43,508 nt of DNA from Spirochaetota bacterium (GTDB lineage: Bacteria > Spirochaetota > UBA4802 > UBA5550), in the NCBI GenBank assembly GCA_038241375.1, contig JBBRFT010000003.1:1-43508 (forward strand), written 5' to 3'. This document shows, piece by piece, positions 8,776 through 17,456 of the stretch. Within the stretch, counting starts at the first letter, position 1. Each line of letters opens with the position of its first letter. Made by a program: the position numbers and the translations under genes. Below the pieces are notes generated by a model that was not told where the DNA came from, made no database searches, and was given only the letters and a program-made list of their open reading frames with translations.

Positions 8776-9705
8776 TTATCTCTCTTCTCTAAAGTATGAA
8801 ACACCAAGGCTTGCAGGAGCAGAACCGGAGTGCGATTTCCTTATTGAAACAAGAATTAGTATTACAATCGTTACGATGTAGGGGAGTAGATCAATTATAT
8901 ATTGGGAGATATGAATATCAAATTTCTGGATTCTGAAACCTATGATATCCAGCCCTCCGAACAGGAAAGCCCCCATCATTACTCTGTAGGGGTTCCATTT
9001 GCAGAATATTACAAGAGCTACTGCAATCCAGCCTCTTCCGGCTGTTACATTCTCCTGCCATGACGGAATGTATACAAGTGAAAGATATGCTCCGGCAAGA
9101 CCGCAAAGTACTCCACCTATTACAACGTGAATATACTTATATAAAGATACGTTTATTCCGGCAGCATCAGCTGCTGCAGTATTTTCGCCAACAGCACGGA
9201 GGTTTAGACCGATCTGCGTTCTGTAAATGTAAAGTCCTGCAATTATTGTAAGCAGGTATCCTGAATAGACGAGTATTCCCTGGTTGAAAAATATCTGTCC
9301 AAGGATAGGGATGTCACCAAGAAAAGGAATTTTAAAGTCAGCGAAGAAAAGTTTCATGCCTGGAGGAACAGTCTCTCCCATGAGCCCCTGGCCCATAAAA
9401 CTCGCAAAACCTGTGCCGAATATTGTTAATGTCAGACCCGACACTACCTGATTTGCTCTGAATGTTACAGTGAGTACTGCGTATATAAGAGCTCCGAATC
9501 CTCCGGCTGCCATTGCGCCGAGCAGTGCAAGGTAAGGATTTCCTGAAATTATTGCCATTTTAAAACCGATGACAGCACCCATGAGCATCATCCCTTCTAC
9601 TCCCAGATTAAGCTGTCCTGATTTTTCTGTTATCAGCTCTCCGAGTATAGCGTAGAGAAGTGGAGTCCCTGCAACAACTGCAGCTGCGAAAAATGATATA
9701 TCCAT
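8776..9705 (-). CDS. Nucleoside/simple-sugar ABC transporter permease (NupC-like)
   Basis: EKSGQLNLGVEGMMLMGA, GLNLRAVGEN and AGRGWIAVALV motifs. Confidence 0.9.
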   Translation of the reverse strand: MDISFFAAAVVAGTPLLYAILGELITEKSGQLNLGVEGMMLMGAVIGFKMAIISGNPYLALLGAMAAGGFGALIYAVLTVTFRANQVVSGLTLTIFGTGFASFMGQGLMGETVPPGMKLFFADFKIPFLGDIPILGQIFFNQGILVYSGYLLTIIAGLYIYRTQIGLNLRAVGENTAAADAAGINVSLYKYIHVVIGGVLCGLAGAYLSLVYIPSWQENVTAGRGWIAVALVIFCKWNPYRVMMGAFLFGGLDIIGFRIQKFDIHISQYIIDLLPYIVTIVILILVSIRKSHSGSAPASLGVSYFREER

Positions 9706-10775
9706 TACAGCTCCTTCTCCGTTTTATTATCATTAATTATTGAAATTTTATATTTGATAAAAAATTCACTTCCAAGTATAAAAAATAATATCATCCCCTG
9801 GAGTATCTGTGCCGCTGATTGAGGTATTTGAAACGCCATCTGTATAAATGTTCCCCCTTGAATCATTGCAGCAAAAAGAATACATACGATTGCGATAACC
9901 GGCGCACGGAGGGATGAGAGCCAGCTGGTTATGATTGCCGTATATCCGACACCGCGTGTTATTTCAACCGACAATGTTTTGTTTACACCTGAGACTTCTA
10001 TCATACCTGCAAGTCCGCACAATCCGCCGGAAAGAAAAATTGTATATATGATAATGAACTTAACATTCATGCCTGCGTAGCGGCCTGTGTTCTCACTCTC
10101 TCCGACAACGTTTATTTCGTAACCGCGTTTAGTATGATTAACGAATATATGCATGATAACAATAAGTACAACCGCAATTATCCAGCCGATATGAAGACCG
10201 AAAAAAGCAGGGAGTACCGCGTTTTCTGTGAAACCGGGTATCTTCGGAAAACCAAGTGCGCCGGGATCTTTCCATGGGCCGTACTGAAGATATGTAAGCC
10301 ACTTGAGCGCTATATAATTCATCATAAGTGTAAAAATTGTTTCGTTTGTACGGAATTTCGCGCGAAAGTATGCAGGTATTGCTCCCCATATCCCTCCGCA
10401 TATAATTGACGAGAGTCCCATCAATGGAAGCAGTATGATTGACGGAAGATTCTGAAAATTCAGAGCAAAGAAAGTAGCACCGAATGCTCCCATCATTATC
10501 TGTCCTTCGGCACCGATATTCCAGAATTTGAGTCTGAACGCAAGAGAAATTCCAAGAGACGCAATTATCAGCGGGATTGCTTTTCGTATCGTTTCTGTTA
10601 TACGGTATCCGGAACCGAATGCGCCTTCAATCATTGATATGTAAACTGAAAAGGGGTTGTGACCTAGCAGTATTATAAAAACCGCAACCGCGGTTAGTGC
10701 CAGCAGAATAGCGGATGTTCTGATTATGATTGCTTCATTTCTTGAGCAGTCTGTTCTTGCGGACATTCTTAACAT
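9705..10775 (-). CDS. Nucleoside/simple-sugar ABC transporter permease (NupB-like)
   Basis: WNIGAEGQ, NETIFTLMMNYIA and LSGGLCGLAG motifs. Confidence 0.9.
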   Translation of the reverse strand: MLRMSARTDCSRNEAIIIRTSAILLALTAVAVFIILLGHNPFSVYISMIEGAFGSGYRITETIRKAIPLIIASLGISLAFRLKFWNIGAEGQIMMGAFGATFFALNFQNLPSIILLPLMGLSSIICGGIWGAIPAYFRAKFRTNETIFTLMMNYIALKWLTYLQYGPWKDPGALGFPKIPGFTENAVLPAFFGLHIGWIIAVVLIVIMHIFVNHTKRGYEINVVGESENTGRYAGMNVKFIIIYTIFLSGGLCGLAGMIEVSGVNKTLSVEITRGVGYTAIITSWLSSLRAPVIAIVCILFAAMIQGGTFIQMAFQIPQSAAQILQGMILFFILGSEFFIKYKISIINDNKTEKEL

Positions 10776-12277
10776 TCTTTACCTCCAAGCATCATAAATC
10801 CGATATCTTCTTTTGTTGCAGTGGAGGCATCTACAGTTCCTATTACTTTTCCCTCAAAGAGAACCATTATACGGTCGCATAGACTTAGAAGAACATTAAG
10901 ATCTTCTCCTACATAAATAACTCCAACACCTTTCATCTTCTGCCTGTTCAGTTCATCGTAAATAAGGTGTGAAGAACCTATGTCGAGTCCACGTGTAGGG
11001 TATGCTGTTACAAGAAAATCCGGGTTGGCATCAATCTCACGGCCAAGCAGAACTTTCTGTATGTTACCGCCGGAAAGCTGATTTACCGGGTGATATATTC
11101 CCGGGGTGTGAACATTGAGCATCTTAACAATATGTTCCGCTCTCTCCCGGGCCGGTTCTCTGTCGAGGAATAGACTTTTCTGCAGATAGTAGTCTTTCAT
11201 TATAACATTGTCGACTATATCCATAGTCGGTACAAGTCCCATCCCCAGGCGGTCTTCCGGAATAAAGCTTATACGCAGACCTCGTTCAAATATTGCACGC
11301 GGGGTGAGGCGCGCAATATCCTCCCCCCTGAATAATATCTCGCCACGCTTTCGTCTTTCAAGGCCCTGAATGCTTTCACAAAGTTCCTTCTGCCCGCTCC
11401 CCGCGACACCGGCGATACCAAGAATCTCTCCGGCCTTAACGTTAAATGACACTCTATTAAGTTTTTTAATTCCGTCACGGTCTATGAGTGAGAGGTCTTT
11501 TATTTCAAGCATTACTTCATCTTTTAAAATAGCAGGGCGGTCAATTGAGAGATCAACAGCTTTACCGACCATCATGGCTGTCAGTTCTTTCGGATTGGTT
11601 TCACTGGTGTTTACAGTTCCTGCAACTTCACCTCTACGGAGAACTGTAACTCTGTCGCTTATCTCCATAACTTCCTGAAGCTTATGTGTAATTATTATTA
11701 CAGCGCATCCCTGTTCTTTCATTTTACGCAGTATATTAAAAAGTTTCTCCGTCTCCTGCGGTGTAAGAACTGCAGTAGGTTCATCAAGTATTAGTATGTC
11801 GGCTCCTCGGTAGAGAACTTTGAGTATTTCAACACTCTGTTTCTCTCCAACTGCCATGTCATAAATATATTTATCGGGATCAGTTTTAAATCCGTACTTT
11901 TCAGAAATTGAATTAATTGTTTTTTTCAGTTTTTTACGACGAATAATAAATGAACGTTTCTGTCCGATTATAATATTCTCCGCGGCAGTCATAACTTCTA
12001 CTAACTTGAAGTGCTGATGAATCATTCCTATACCTGAACCGATTGAATCGCCGGGTGATGAAAATCTCAATTTTTTATCGTGCACATAGATTTCACCCGA
12101 ATCGGGTGTATACACTCCGGATAGCATATTCACCAGTGTGCTTTTTCCTGCGCCGTTTTCACCAAGTAATGCATAAATTTCGCCATAATTAACACTGAAT
12201 GTTATATTATCGTTGGCTTTTATCTCTCCGAAAGATTTCGAGATATTAACCATTTTTACTGCTGTCTTGCCGTTAAT
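10769..12277 (-). CDS. Nucleoside ABC transporter ATP-binding protein, double NBD (NupA-like)
   Basis: GENGAGKST, LILDEPTAVL, LSGGNIQK and PTRGLD motifs. First ATG is at 12253; a probable ATT start lies at 12277 (see findings). Confidence 0.92.
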   Translation of the reverse strand: MNGKTAVKMVNISKSFGEIKANDNITFSVNYGEIYALLGENGAGKSTLVNMLSGVYTPDSGEIYVHDKKLRFSSPGDSIGSGIGMIHQHFKLVEVMTAAENIIIGQKRSFIIRRKKLKKTINSISEKYGFKTDPDKYIYDMAVGEKQSVEILKVLYRGADILILDEPTAVLTPQETEKLFNILRKMKEQGCAVIIITHKLQEVMEISDRVTVLRRGEVAGTVNTSETNPKELTAMMVGKAVDLSIDRPAILKDEVMLEIKDLSLIDRDGIKKLNRVSFNVKAGEILGIAGVAGSGQKELCESIQGLERRKRGEILFRGEDIARLTPRAIFERGLRISFIPEDRLGMGLVPTMDIVDNVIMKDYYLQKSLFLDREPARERAEHIVKMLNVHTPGIYHPVNQLSGGNIQKVLLGREIDANPDFLVTAYPTRGLDIGSSHLIYDELNRQKMKGVGVIYVGEDLNVLLSLCDRIMVLFEGKVIGTVDASTATKEDIGFMMLGGKEC

Positions 12278-12347
12278 GATGGTTGCCTCTTATATAATAG
12301 TTTTATGCTGATATAAACAGAATTTTATGTTTATGCAGATTGTAAAT

Positions 12348-12388
12348 AAAAAAACCGGCATAAACATATATTTTTATGCCGGTTTTTT
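12348..12388 (-). terminator. Intrinsic terminator (potentially bidirectional) between BMP and ATPase genes
   Basis: A7-CCGGCATAAA-loop-TTTATGCCGG-T6. Confidence 0.8.
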
Positions 12389-12564
12389 ATAAGGACATTG
12401 GTCTTGATAACTCTTCTTGTCATGGTTAAAGACTTAAGTTTTAAGTAGTCATCAATCCCGCCACCAATGGCGGCGGGGAAATAATTCACAAGTAAGTGCT
12501 AAACATAGTAAAATTACGTCACTTAATTATGAGTTACAGTTTTAAACTATGAAAAGAGAATTGT

Positions 12565-13653
12565 TTATTTTTTAGTTTTACCAACAACCCCTTCAACAAA
12601 CCAGTCGCATGAAAGTTGATCTTTATCTGCAAGAGCAGAACCGGCCGCGACTTTTACCGCACCTTTCTGATCTTTTATCGGACCTGAAAATACATCAAAA
12701 GATCCATTAAGAATTTTCTTTTTAATATCATTTACTTTTATTTCGGCGCCGTCAGGAGCATTTGCTGTAAGAGGAGCGAGCTGAACTATATCGTCTTTCA
12801 TACCGCCCCAGTAGTCAGCTGCTTTCCATGTACCTGCCAGAACTTTTTTAACCTCACCAACATAATATGGGCCCCAATTCCACACAGGAGCAGTCATGTA
12901 TGCTTTTGGAGCCATTTTAGCCATGTCAGAGTTGTAGCCTACAGAGAATACTCCACGTTCTTCAGCTGCCTGCTGAGGACCGGCTGTATCCTGATGCTGT
13001 GCTATAACGTCACACTTTTCATCAAGAAGAGCTTTTGCAGCCTCTTTCTCTTTAGCCGGGTCATACCATGTATGAGTCCATCTTACATGAACTTCAGCTT
13101 TAGGATTAACTGATCTTACTCCAAGTGTAAATGCATTTATTCCCCTAACAACTTCAGGTATTTCAAAAGCCGCTACATATCCGATTTTGTTAGTCTTTGT
13201 TTTCATCCCCGCAACAATACCTGAAAGATATCTCGGCTGCTCGATTCTTCCGAAATATGTAGAGAGGTTCTCTCCCATTTTATATCCTGAACAATGAAGG
13301 AATTTAATGTTTGGATATTCTTTTGCCATCTCCGCTACATAGTCCATGTAACCGAAACTTGTTGCTGCGATAATTGTTGCTCCCTGATCAATCATGCTTC
13401 TGATTACATCTTTAACTTCCGCACCTTCAGGAACAGTCTCTTTAAATATAGTTCTAATTCCCGTTTCTTTTTCAACCGCTTTTCTTCCCTGCTCGTGTGC
13501 GTAAGTCCAGCCGCCGTCACCTATAGGCCCTACATAAATAAAACCCATAACAACTTCTTTCCCATCGATTGTTGTTTTATCTTTTTTCCCGCAGCCGCTG
13601 AATGCTATCAATGCAGATAAAACAAGAACTGAAAATAATGTAAACTTTTTCAT
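12565..13653 (-). CDS. BMP/PnrA-family nucleoside-binding lipoprotein
   Basis: Lipobox FSGC after a signal peptide; GFIYVGPIGDGGWTYAH, PEVVRGINAF, WYDPAKE and QHQD motifs. Confidence 0.92.
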   Translation of the reverse strand: MKKFTLFSVLVLSALIAFSGCGKKDKTTIDGKEVVMGFIYVGPIGDGGWTYAHEQGRKAVEKETGIRTIFKETVPEGAEVKDVIRSMIDQGATIIAATSFGYMDYVAEMAKEYPNIKFLHCSGYKMGENLSTYFGRIEQPRYLSGIVAGMKTKTNKIGYVAAFEIPEVVRGINAFTLGVRSVNPKAEVHVRWTHTWYDPAKEKEAAKALLDEKCDVIAQHQDTAGPQQAAEERGVFSVGYNSDMAKMAPKAYMTAPVWNWGPYYVGEVKKVLAGTWKAADYWGGMKDDIVQLAPLTANAPDGAEIKVNDIKKKILNGSFDVFSGPIKDQKGAVKVAAGSALADKDQLSCDWFVEGVVGKTKK

Positions 13654-13705
13654 GTAATTTTAACCTCTACTTTTTTTTATCGTAAATATTTTAAGTACAA
13701 ATTTT

Positions 13706-13817
13706 AACCGCTCAAGTATATTGTTCTCAGATCTGAGTGGTCAGGGGGCTGCATGAATCGGGTTCAAACAGCCCCCTGGCCAGCGTACGTTTTACGTGCG
13801 CGTAAAATACAGCGGTT
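13706..13817. ncRNA. Candidate structured RNA (multi-stem junction) in the xpt-BMP intergenic region
   Basis: Closing stem AACCGCT/AGCGGTT encloses three hairpins. GC-rich against an AT-rich background. No known family recognised. Confidence 0.4.
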
Positions 13818-13844
13818 TTTAAATATCAGCAGTACATCAGATTG

Positions 13845-14417
13845 TTAATCTTTGAATTGTATTTTATTTTCTGACATGCTCTCAATTCTCGCAAGAGACT
13901 CTATCCTGTAACCCATCTCTCTTAGGAGTTTACCTCCATTCTGAAAACCTTTCTCTATTACTATTCCTATACCACCGACTTTCGCTCCACCCTGTTCTGC
14001 AATGCTGATAAGAGCACGTGCAGCACTTCCGTTGGCAAGGAAATCATCAATGATTAAAATATAATCCCTTCTCTTTATAAATTTAGAAGAGACTGATATT
14101 TCGTAATCGCTATTTTTTGTATATGAATGTACTGTCGCTGTATAAGCGTTCTCAATCATTGTTGAAGGTTTATTTTTTTTAGCAAAAACTACAGGGATAG
14201 AGAGTTTAAAGCCGGTCATTACTGCCGGGGCAATTCCGGATGATTCAACTGTAAGTATTTTATTGAATTTCTGATCAGAAAATCTATACGTGAAGGCAGA
14301 TGATATCTCTTCTATTAGAGAGGGATCTATCTGATGATTCAGAAAAGAATCGACCTTTAAAATCTGATCAGTGATTATTTCCCCATCTTTTAAAATTCTC
14401 TTTTTAAGAAGTTCCAT
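13845..14417 (-). CDS. xpt: Xanthine phosphoribosyltransferase
   Basis: LKVDSFLNHQIDP, ILTVESSGIAPA, LIIDDFLANG (PRPP motif) and GIVIEKGFQ. Confidence 0.93.
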   Translation of the reverse strand: MELLKKRILKDGEIITDQILKVDSFLNHQIDPSLIEEISSAFTYRFSDQKFNKILTVESSGIAPAVMTGFKLSIPVVFAKKNKPSTMIENAYTATVHSYTKNSDYEISVSSKFIKRRDYILIIDDFLANGSAARALISIAEQGGAKVGGIGIVIEKGFQNGGKLLREMGYRIESLARIESMSENKIQFKD

Positions 14418-14795
14418 TTATCACCACTGCATTTGAAATTATTATGATAGAGGTTTTATAATAATACTGGAGGCCATAAAAACACGAATTATACAAATGA
14501 ATGTATAGTTGTTGAATACAGCATTTTTTATTTATATGACTTTCCAGATCAGACTTCACTAAAATATTATACTGTTTATTAATGTCAATTCTTAAAATTA
14601 GTTTTAAATCCGGCTATCGTATAAGCTCATAGGCTGAAGATAAAACTGCTCTTCGCTGAAGAGAAATAAAAACACAATATCTGCTACTTTTGAACTGGTA
14701 TTGCAATCCTGATGGAAGTTTCATATCTTAATTGTATAATAATTAAAAGTAGTTGATAAATATAAATATTCATCTTCAGATTATCAAATAAAAAA

Positions 14796-16580
14796 ATGGG
14801 AACGATTATGGATATGTCAAATAATAGCGTATTTTCAGTAGTGCAGTGTGTCAGAAAAGGGCCGAATTTAATTTTTCGAACCATGTTTGGTGAAGATAAT
14901 GCATCTTTATCTGATTTTAAAACAGAGGATATATTTGAAGGGGATATATTTTTTATAAACAAACAGTGCATTGCCCAATCCGGTTATATAATATATAAAA
15001 AGGAATCAATTCTCAATAAATATTTTCTTGAGTTTGAGAAGACCGTCATAACCCCTTATTTTTCAAAAGATGTATTAAGAGAAGTTGAAGAAATTACAGC
15101 AAAACCTGGCATTGATGATCCGCTTCTTACTAATTATAGCGCTCTCCCTTTTATTACAATTGATAATGACGATTCAAAAGATCTCGATCAGGCTTTGTAT
15201 GTAGAAAAAAATATCACAGGTTATATTATATATTATGCTATTGCCGATGCGTCATATTATGTTAAACCTGGTTCCGCTTTGTTTAAAGAGAGCCTCCGGC
15301 GTGGAGCAAGTTATTATCTCCCCGGCTTTTCTGTTCCCATGCTTCCGCGTGAGTTGTCCGAGGGGATTATATCTCTTAACCCGGATGTTCCTAGAAGAGC
15401 TCTGGTTTTTAAAATTCAGATTAATGGTGAGGGGGATATAATTTCCAGTGAAGTCACCAGAGGGAGAATTCTAAGTAGAGCAAAACTTACCTATTCAGGA
15501 GTGCAGGATTTTTATAATTCCATGACAGGTAGCTCTTTAAACAATCTAGAATATACATCATCTCTTGTTGCTCTTCAGGATGCCGGTAGAATTCTTGTTC
15601 GTAATGGAGAGATGAGAGGAGTAATAAATTTTGACCGTTTTGAAAATCTGATAAGTATAAGTGAAGATGGAAATAGTTTGATATTCACGGAAAAAGAAAG
15701 GGATGATACTGGAAGATGGAACGAACAGTTATCTCTCCTTTGCAATATGGCCGGAGCTTCCATGCTTGCACCGGATGGTAAAGGGAACGATCTTCATATA
15801 CATCCTGTTTTCAGAGTTCATGAAGCTCCCGATGAATCGAGTCTCCATAGACTGGAGAAGGTTATCACTTCGATAGTGAAGATCCATTCACTAAACGAAT
15901 GCTGGATATGGAGGCGAGGGGAGGAGACTCCTGGTGAATATCTTTCACGTCTCCCTCGTACCGGGAATGAAAAGAGAATAACAGAAACGATCGAAAGGCA
16001 GATTTTAATTACAAATCAGAGATCTGTCTTTTCAGAAAATCCAGGTGAGCATTTTGCACTGAAGGTTGATTTGTACGGCAGATTTTCCTCCCCAATGAGA
16101 GAGGCCGTTGGAATTTACTCTCACAAAGAATTGCTTGAAAAACTTGGGATTGAAAAACCGGACACTGATGAAGATGAACTATTAATCAGAGAGCAGATAA
16201 TAAATTCGGCTAACAGAGCAAAAGAGACTCAAAAAACAATAGATCGTTTTGTAAATGATCTGTTGCTTCATTCAGTTTTTAATAGAGAACTCGAACTTGA
16301 GCTGGATAAAAGACCATCACATACCGGTACCATACTTGGAATGAAGGAGACAAAAATGTATGTTCTTCTCGATTCCCCCAGACTTGAAATTAAAGTTTAT
16401 AGTGAGGATATAGAACAGGCCGCAGGAGGAAAGCTTGAAATGAATGATAATATTTTTGAATTGGAGAGCGGTTCTTCCTGTAAAATGATCTTTAAAGCGG
16501 GCGAAATTATTGAATTAAAGCTTTTCTCTTTTGACAGTAAAGGGAAGTGGCATTTTGTTCCCGCAAGTATAAAATTTTAA
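14796..16580 (+). CDS. RNB-domain (RNase II/R family) exoribonuclease
   Basis: FITIDNDDSKDLDQA, AIADAS, RGASYYLPG..VPMLPRELS, FRVHEAP and HFAL...GRFSSPMRE motifs; S1-like C-terminus. Start uncertain. Confidence 0.85.
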   Translation: MGTIMDMSNNSVFSVVQCVRKGPNLIFRTMFGEDNASLSDFKTEDIFEGDIFFINKQCIAQSGYIIYKKESILNKYFLEFEKTVITPYFSKDVLREVEEITAKPGIDDPLLTNYSALPFITIDNDDSKDLDQALYVEKNITGYIIYYAIADASYYVKPGSALFKESLRRGASYYLPGFSVPMLPRELSEGIISLNPDVPRRALVFKIQINGEGDIISSEVTRGRILSRAKLTYSGVQDFYNSMTGSSLNNLEYTSSLVALQDAGRILVRNGEMRGVINFDRFENLISISEDGNSLIFTEKERDDTGRWNEQLSLLCNMAGASMLAPDGKGNDLHIHPVFRVHEAPDESSLHRLEKVITSIVKIHSLNECWIWRRGEETPGEYLSRLPRTGNEKRITETIERQILITNQRSVFSENPGEHFALKVDLYGRFSSPMREAVGIYSHKELLEKLGIEKPDTDEDELLIREQIINSANRAKETQKTIDRFVNDLLLHSVFNRELELELDKRPSHTGTILGMKETKMYVLLDSPRLEIKVYSEDIEQAAGGKLEMNDNIFELESGSSCKMIFKAGEIIELKLFSFDSKGKWHFVPASIKF

Positions 16581-16583
16581 AAA

Positions 16584-17453
16584 TTATACCTGTAATGTTA
16601 CTATTGTAGATCCCCAGTTTGATGAATCGTCATAAAAAATAATTACTGAAGGGTGACTTTTGAGAATTTCATGGATCTGTTTTTTCTTTACAGATTTCCC
16701 TTTCCCGTGAATTATCTTTACTGTTTTATATTTATTGTTTACCGCGTTTTCAAGAAACTTCCCTATCAGCATTGCCGTATCGGATGGGTGAAAGTGGTGA
16801 AGATCTATCTCTTTCCCGTTTAAAATATCAGAGATATCAATTTCATTATTCGATGAAAATAAGCTTTTTAATCTGAATTCTCTCGCTTTTTCTGACCAGG
16901 GACTTTTGCTATCTTTTTCAAGTTTTGAATATATACATCCGCAATAATTTTGTCTGTAGAAATTATTTTTTTTTGATATCTCTACTGACTTTTTTACTCC
17001 GTCATTCTTTTTAAAATCAGCAGAATAAAAAGCTATACCATATAATTTCGAGAGTCTTTCACCGATCTCGTTGATTTTTAAAACATTTTTGTGCGGAGAT
17101 ATAGACAGAGAAGTTGCTACAATATCAAAATTAAGTTCAGCAGCTTTTTTAAATGTATTATCCAGTCTTATTTCATAACACTTCCAGCAGCGGTCCGAAC
17201 TCTCTCCGAAATATCTGAAATCCTTAACATCTTTAATCCACTGTTTCGTGTCGGGAATTTCTGTAAAAAGCTGGAATCCTTTAAGCCTGCTGTATTCTTC
17301 CAGTTCGGTGTACCGTATCCTGTATTCATCCGCAGGCATAATATTAGGATTGGAGTAAAATGCTGAAATTTCAAATTCATCTTTCAGCAATTCATAAACA
17401 TATCCAATACATGGCGCGCAGCACGTATGGAGTAATAACTTTTTTGGTAGCAC
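16584..17453 (-). CDS. queH: Epoxyqueuosine reductase QueH fused to a C-terminal Smr domain
   Basis: LLHTCCAPC, NPNI, RCWKCY, ISPHKN and YRQNYCGCIYS (QueH), then EIDLH...VKIIHGKG...NWGSTIV (Smr). Confidence 0.88.
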   Translation of the reverse strand: MLPKKLLLHTCCAPCIGYVYELLKDEFEISAFYSNPNIMPADEYRIRYTELEEYSRLKGFQLFTEIPDTKQWIKDVKDFRYFGESSDRCWKCYEIRLDNTFKKAAELNFDIVATSLSISPHKNVLKINEIGERLSKLYGIAFYSADFKKNDGVKKSVEISKKNNFYRQNYCGCIYSKLEKDSKSPWSEKAREFRLKSLFSSNNEIDISDILNGKEIDLHHFHPSDTAMLIGKFLENAVNNKYKTVKIIHGKGKSVKKKQIHEILKSHPSVIIFYDDSSNWGSTIVTLQV

Positions 17454-17456
17454 TCT

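Noticed and set aside
12493-12502. Second CIRCE (AAGTGCTAA half-site)
   Set aside because: Only one imperfect half-site with no partner at 9-nt spacing.
13741-13785. SRP (4.5S) or 6S RNA identity for the GGTCAGG...CAGCC hairpin
   Set aside because: Lacks the SRP GGAA tetraloop and AGCAG internal loop, and is too short and branched for a 6S rod.
14418-14700. Canonical purine riboswitch upstream of xpt
   Set aside because: No AUAUGG / GUUUCUACC / CCGUAAA consensus on the minus strand; the region is AT-rich and promoter-like.
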